A stretch of 64,000 nt of DNA from Verrucomicrobiota bacterium. GTDB lineage: Bacteria; Verrucomicrobiota; Verrucomicrobiia; Limisphaerales; AAA164-E04. The notes under the pieces are model-generated. The model did not search any database. It saw nothing but the letters and a program-made list of their open reading frames with translations, and was not told the DNA's origin. A program made the translations under genes and the position numbers. Where the stretch lies: assembly GCA_047947115.1 (NCBI GenBank), contig CP170459.1, positions 4,096,001 through 4,160,000 of the forward strand. The letters are read 5' to 3'. This document shows positions 60,930 through 64,000 of this stretch, one piece after another (positions within the stretch are counted from its first letter, which is position 1; each line of letters begins with the position of its first letter).

Positions 60930-62444
60930 CTAATCTCCCGACCACTGACCCGCCAGTTCCCACAATCCAGGACTATCCTCCTGATAGGTATCAAAGTTAA
61001 TTCCACTGGAGATCAGGAAGTCAATGATTGCCAGGTAATAACTATGTTGTGCCGATAGCAGAGATTGTTCTGCTTTGATCGCGGTCTGTTCCCGGATCTG
61101 CACGGAAAGAAGATTGGTAGCTCCGAGTCGAAAGCGATCCTCTTCAATTTCACGCAGCATCTCTGCCAGTCGTCGATTCTCGCGTGTTAAGGTCAATTTT
61201 TCATCACTGGCGCTGATGGAGACATATCCTTTTTCGATTTCAGCGAACACTTTTTCCATCGCAAACGACGCTTTGGTCTGCATTTGTTCAATTTTTGCGG
61301 CGTTGGCATCAGCCGCACCTTTTGCCGCATTTCGCTGAAGGGGCACTCTGAATTCGATGCCCAATTTAAGTTCGAGTTCACCTGTGTCTTTGTACAAGGA
61401 TTCGCCCAGGTTTTGACTTGCCGACGCATAGGCGTCCAGACTGGGCAACAATTGGTTCCTGTAATACTCCTTATCGACTCCCAGCTTCAGCAGTTCCAGT
61501 TCATAAATCCTCAACTCCGGGCGATGTCGGCTGGCATATTTCCAGGCGGAGGAAATCAAATCTTCCGGTGACTCCGATGTCGAAGGCCATGTCTCGGGTA
61601 ATTGCTCACGCAGGGGTCTGACCGGTTCATCCTGGTCATCTCGATGAAAAAGGGATAAAGCGATGCCTGCCGAATCGAAATCTCTCTGGGCATCAATGAG
61701 CAGTATCTCCCGACTGACTACCACTTGATCGTTTTCCAGTGCAACCGCCTTGGCTTCAAGCCCCTGGTCTATGCGTGTTTCAATGGCCAGTCGCCGGTCC
61801 TTCGCCAAAGCAAGCATGCGTTCCGCCACTTCAAGTGCCCTACCGGTTTTTATCCAATTGAGATACGCGGCGGAAGCGGCGCGCACGAAATCAAGGTGTT
61901 GCCTTTGGATCACTGGATCCGCCAATTCGACGTCCAGACGGGCATTTTGAATCGATCTTCTTCTTTGATCAATCGCACGGTTTTTCAGCAATGGTAATTT
62001 GAATCCAATGTTGGGGGATCCTCCGCCGTCAGTTCTACGATCATAATAGTAATCGGGTAAGATCCCATCGGTCCAACGATAGCCTCCAAACAAAGTGCTT
62101 CCCCATAATCCGGTAAATTGTTCAAATCCGGCTTCAATGGTGCTGCTTTGATAAAAACCAGTAGGATTGTCAAAAATCCGGGCAAAGGTTTGAAAATCAA
62201 AGGCTCCCCGGGCGCTGCGGAGTTGGCCTTGGGCAATGTCCCTTTCGATTAGAGCAGCCAGATATGGAGGATAGGTATTTGTCACCTTCTCCAAAAGAAC
62301 ATGAAGGTAAAGGGTGCTTGGACGATCCGGTTCGTCCACTTCATTTTCTGCGTGACCATTGAGGCACACAACATTCAGAAGAAGAAAAAGGAACCATCGC
62401 CATAAAGCCCTTTTCCTGATTACTGTTTTCCCCACGCGCCTCAT
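60930..62444 (-). CDS. TolC-family outer membrane efflux protein
   Basis: Signal region, ARGAFD, LPLL, RPEL, LLPSLD, RFRLGATNLL; ATG 62444 overlaps the HlyD stop (TGATG). Confidence 0.85.
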   Translation of the reverse strand: MRRVGKTVIRKRALWRWFLFLLLNVVCLNGHAENEVDEPDRPSTLYLHVLLEKVTNTYPPYLAALIERDIAQGQLRSARGAFDFQTFARIFDNPTGFYQSSTIEAGFEQFTGLWGSTLFGGYRWTDGILPDYYYDRRTDGGGSPNIGFKLPLLKNRAIDQRRRSIQNARLDVELADPVIQRQHLDFVRAASAAYLNWIKTGRALEVAERMLALAKDRRLAIETRIDQGLEAKAVALENDQVVVSREILLIDAQRDFDSAGIALSLFHRDDQDEPVRPLREQLPETWPSTSESPEDLISSAWKYASRHRPELRIYELELLKLGVDKEYYRNQLLPSLDAYASASQNLGESLYKDTGELELKLGIEFRVPLQRNAAKGAADANAAKIEQMQTKASFAMEKVFAEIEKGYVSISASDEKLTLTRENRRLAEMLREIEEDRFRLGATNLLSVQIREQTAIKAEQSLLSAQHSYYLAIIDFLISSGINFDTYQEDSPGLWELAGQWSGD

Positions 62445-63802
62445 CAGTAAGCCTCCACCTGTTTCAATACGGAACTTTCCTTGTGCAAGGCAGGAGGAAA
62501 GCCATTCAGCTGCCGCCAAACTTCATACCACAACGGCACACGCTCCAGCAAAACCCAACCTTGTGCCAGCACTCCCTGACGCATGATGGGAGACTCAGGC
62601 CAGTCAATCACACTGGCCTCTTTGCCTGCTATGATATCGGGATCAGGAGCCACCAGGATCCTGAATAGACCCTGACCATTATCCGTGGCATCCACAAAGA
62701 CAACCTCGCCCCCGAAAGTACCGACGGCCACACTCGGCCACCCTACAAACTGAATGGCCGGCCAGCCTTCAAATTGGAGACGAACGGGGCTGCCGGGATG
62801 GATCACTTCGCCGTTTTCATCCACCAGACGTTCCCTGATGAGCGGCATATCGTTACCGTCAACCCACATTTCAACGACCAGATTGTCCGATCGCGGGATG
62901 ATGACACACATTGGAGCGGAGGATTTGACAAAACTACCTTCAGTTACATTGACTCGAAAAACCACGCCGTCCCTGGGAGCCTTGACCGACAAGCGACCGG
63001 TCTGGTTGATTTTGATTTCGATGTCCTTGATTTCCTTCAGCACCTTGTTGAAATCGCTTTCGGCCGAAGCACGGGATGCACGAGCCTTATCGAGCGTGAC
63101 ATTCATATCGAGACGGGTTTTGGCCAGCTCGGCTTCCATTTTGAGCACCTCGGCTTGCTTGCTGTTTCGATTGAGAGTCGCCAGTTCGAACTCTCGTTGG
63201 GAGACCAGTCCCCTCGGATCCTTGAAAAGTTTTTCCACCCGAAGGAACTGTTGTTCCGCAGCCAGAAGTGCAGCTTTGGATGCTTCAACTTGTTGCTCTG
63301 CGATGGTAATCGCCTGTGGCACGGTGGATTCCAGATCCTTGATCTGCGTCGTCAATCGGCTGAGTTTCTCTTGTGCGGCTTCTCGCTGCCCTTCAATGGA
63401 TGCCTTTTGAAGTTTCAAATTGTTGAGATATTCCGGATCATTATCAACAATTTGAAACAACATGTCACCTTTTTGAACAGCACGACCTTCAACGATATGA
63501 ATCTGATCCACCCGACCGGAGAGAGGGGCTTCCACTGTGATGCTTCGCTCCTTAGGGTCGAAAGCCACAACTTTCCCCTGCCCTCGGATGAATTGTTGCC
63601 AAGGCAGAAAAAGCAGCGCCACAACAAGAATCAAAAAAATCAGGACCAGCAACTTGAACAGTCGTGTCAATCCGATGGGCAAGCGTGTTCGATCCAAACA
63701 TTTCAACTGGGCAAACTGGTCCAGTATGGGCATGTCGCGGGAAGGATCGTTCATTTTCATCGTTTTCCTGGAATGGTTATGAATTTCAGAGGGTAGACTC
63801 AT
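62444..63802 (-). CDS. HlyD-family membrane fusion protein (type I secretion)
   Basis: LPWQQFIRGQG, EAPLSG, coiled coil, KAPRDG, VRLQFEGWPAIQFVGWP; ATG 63802 overlaps the upstream stop (ATGA). Confidence 0.88.
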   Translation of the reverse strand: MSLPSEIHNHSRKTMKMNDPSRDMPILDQFAQLKCLDRTRLPIGLTRLFKLLVLIFLILVVALLFLPWQQFIRGQGKVVAFDPKERSITVEAPLSGRVDQIHIVEGRAVQKGDMLFQIVDNDPEYLNNLKLQKASIEGQREAAQEKLSRLTTQIKDLESTVPQAITIAEQQVEASKAALLAAEQQFLRVEKLFKDPRGLVSQREFELATLNRNSKQAEVLKMEAELAKTRLDMNVTLDKARASRASAESDFNKVLKEIKDIEIKINQTGRLSVKAPRDGVVFRVNVTEGSFVKSSAPMCVIIPRSDNLVVEMWVDGNDMPLIRERLVDENGEVIHPGSPVRLQFEGWPAIQFVGWPSVAVGTFGGEVVFVDATDNGQGLFRILVAPDPDIIAGKEASVIDWPESPIMRQGVLAQGWVLLERVPLWYEVWRQLNGFPPALHKESSVLKQVEAY

Positions 63803-64000
63803 GATGCAGCCTCCTCTCCGTGTGATGCGGCCAACGATCCCGGGGGTATTTCCTTGACTCCGTTGGTCTGAAGGCGGAACACCCGGGAACAATGTTGAAG
63901 CAGATCCCTATCCCTCGTGGCAATGAGAATGGTACACTGTTTGTCCTTTGCAAAGACGGTTTGAAAGAGGGTGCGAGAAGCCTGTGGATCCATTCCGTCC
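63799..64000 (-). CDS. C-terminus of an ABC transporter ATP-binding protein (partial)
   Basis: D-loop-like DGMD, then TILIATRDRDLLQHCSRVFRL switch region, directly upstream of HlyD and TolC. Confidence 0.7.
   Translation of the reverse strand, partial: DGMDPQASRTLFQTVFAKDKQCTILIATRDRDLLQHCSRVFRLQTNGVKEIPPGSLAASHGEEAAS

Overview
A gene-dense 64 kb bacterial chromosomal segment. The gene content (PSD1/planctomycete-cytochrome-c + DUF1501 pairs, DUF1552, DUF1080, a verrucomicrobial-style secretin) suggests a PVC-superphylum organism, most plausibly Verrucomicrobiota (inference). About 47 CDS are present. They include housekeeping genes (trmB, thiH/thiS, lpdA, pyc, purD, rho, ubiX, miaB), a two-domain PPK2, a putative carbohydrate-use block (~10.6-24.3 kb), a GntR-headed PSD1/DUF1501/CBM9-like/ThuA/DUF1552 cluster (46.6-59.8 kb) and the 3' end of a type I secretion operon. 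I recognised no rRNA, tRNA, CRISPR array or transposase. The most notable observation is a BlaI repressor with a palindromic operator in its promoter, coupled to a 1099-aa BlaR1/M56 metalloprotease fused to an apparently near-complete secretin and followed by a GTAG-type REP doublet array. Other notable items are an LMW-phosphatase-RpiB-GlyA triple fusion, two genes each broken by a single lesion (in-frame TGA at 18438; C5-run frameshift at 44787), a probable S41 pseudo-protease and several candidate operators. All family calls come from motif recognition by eye; no database searches were run.
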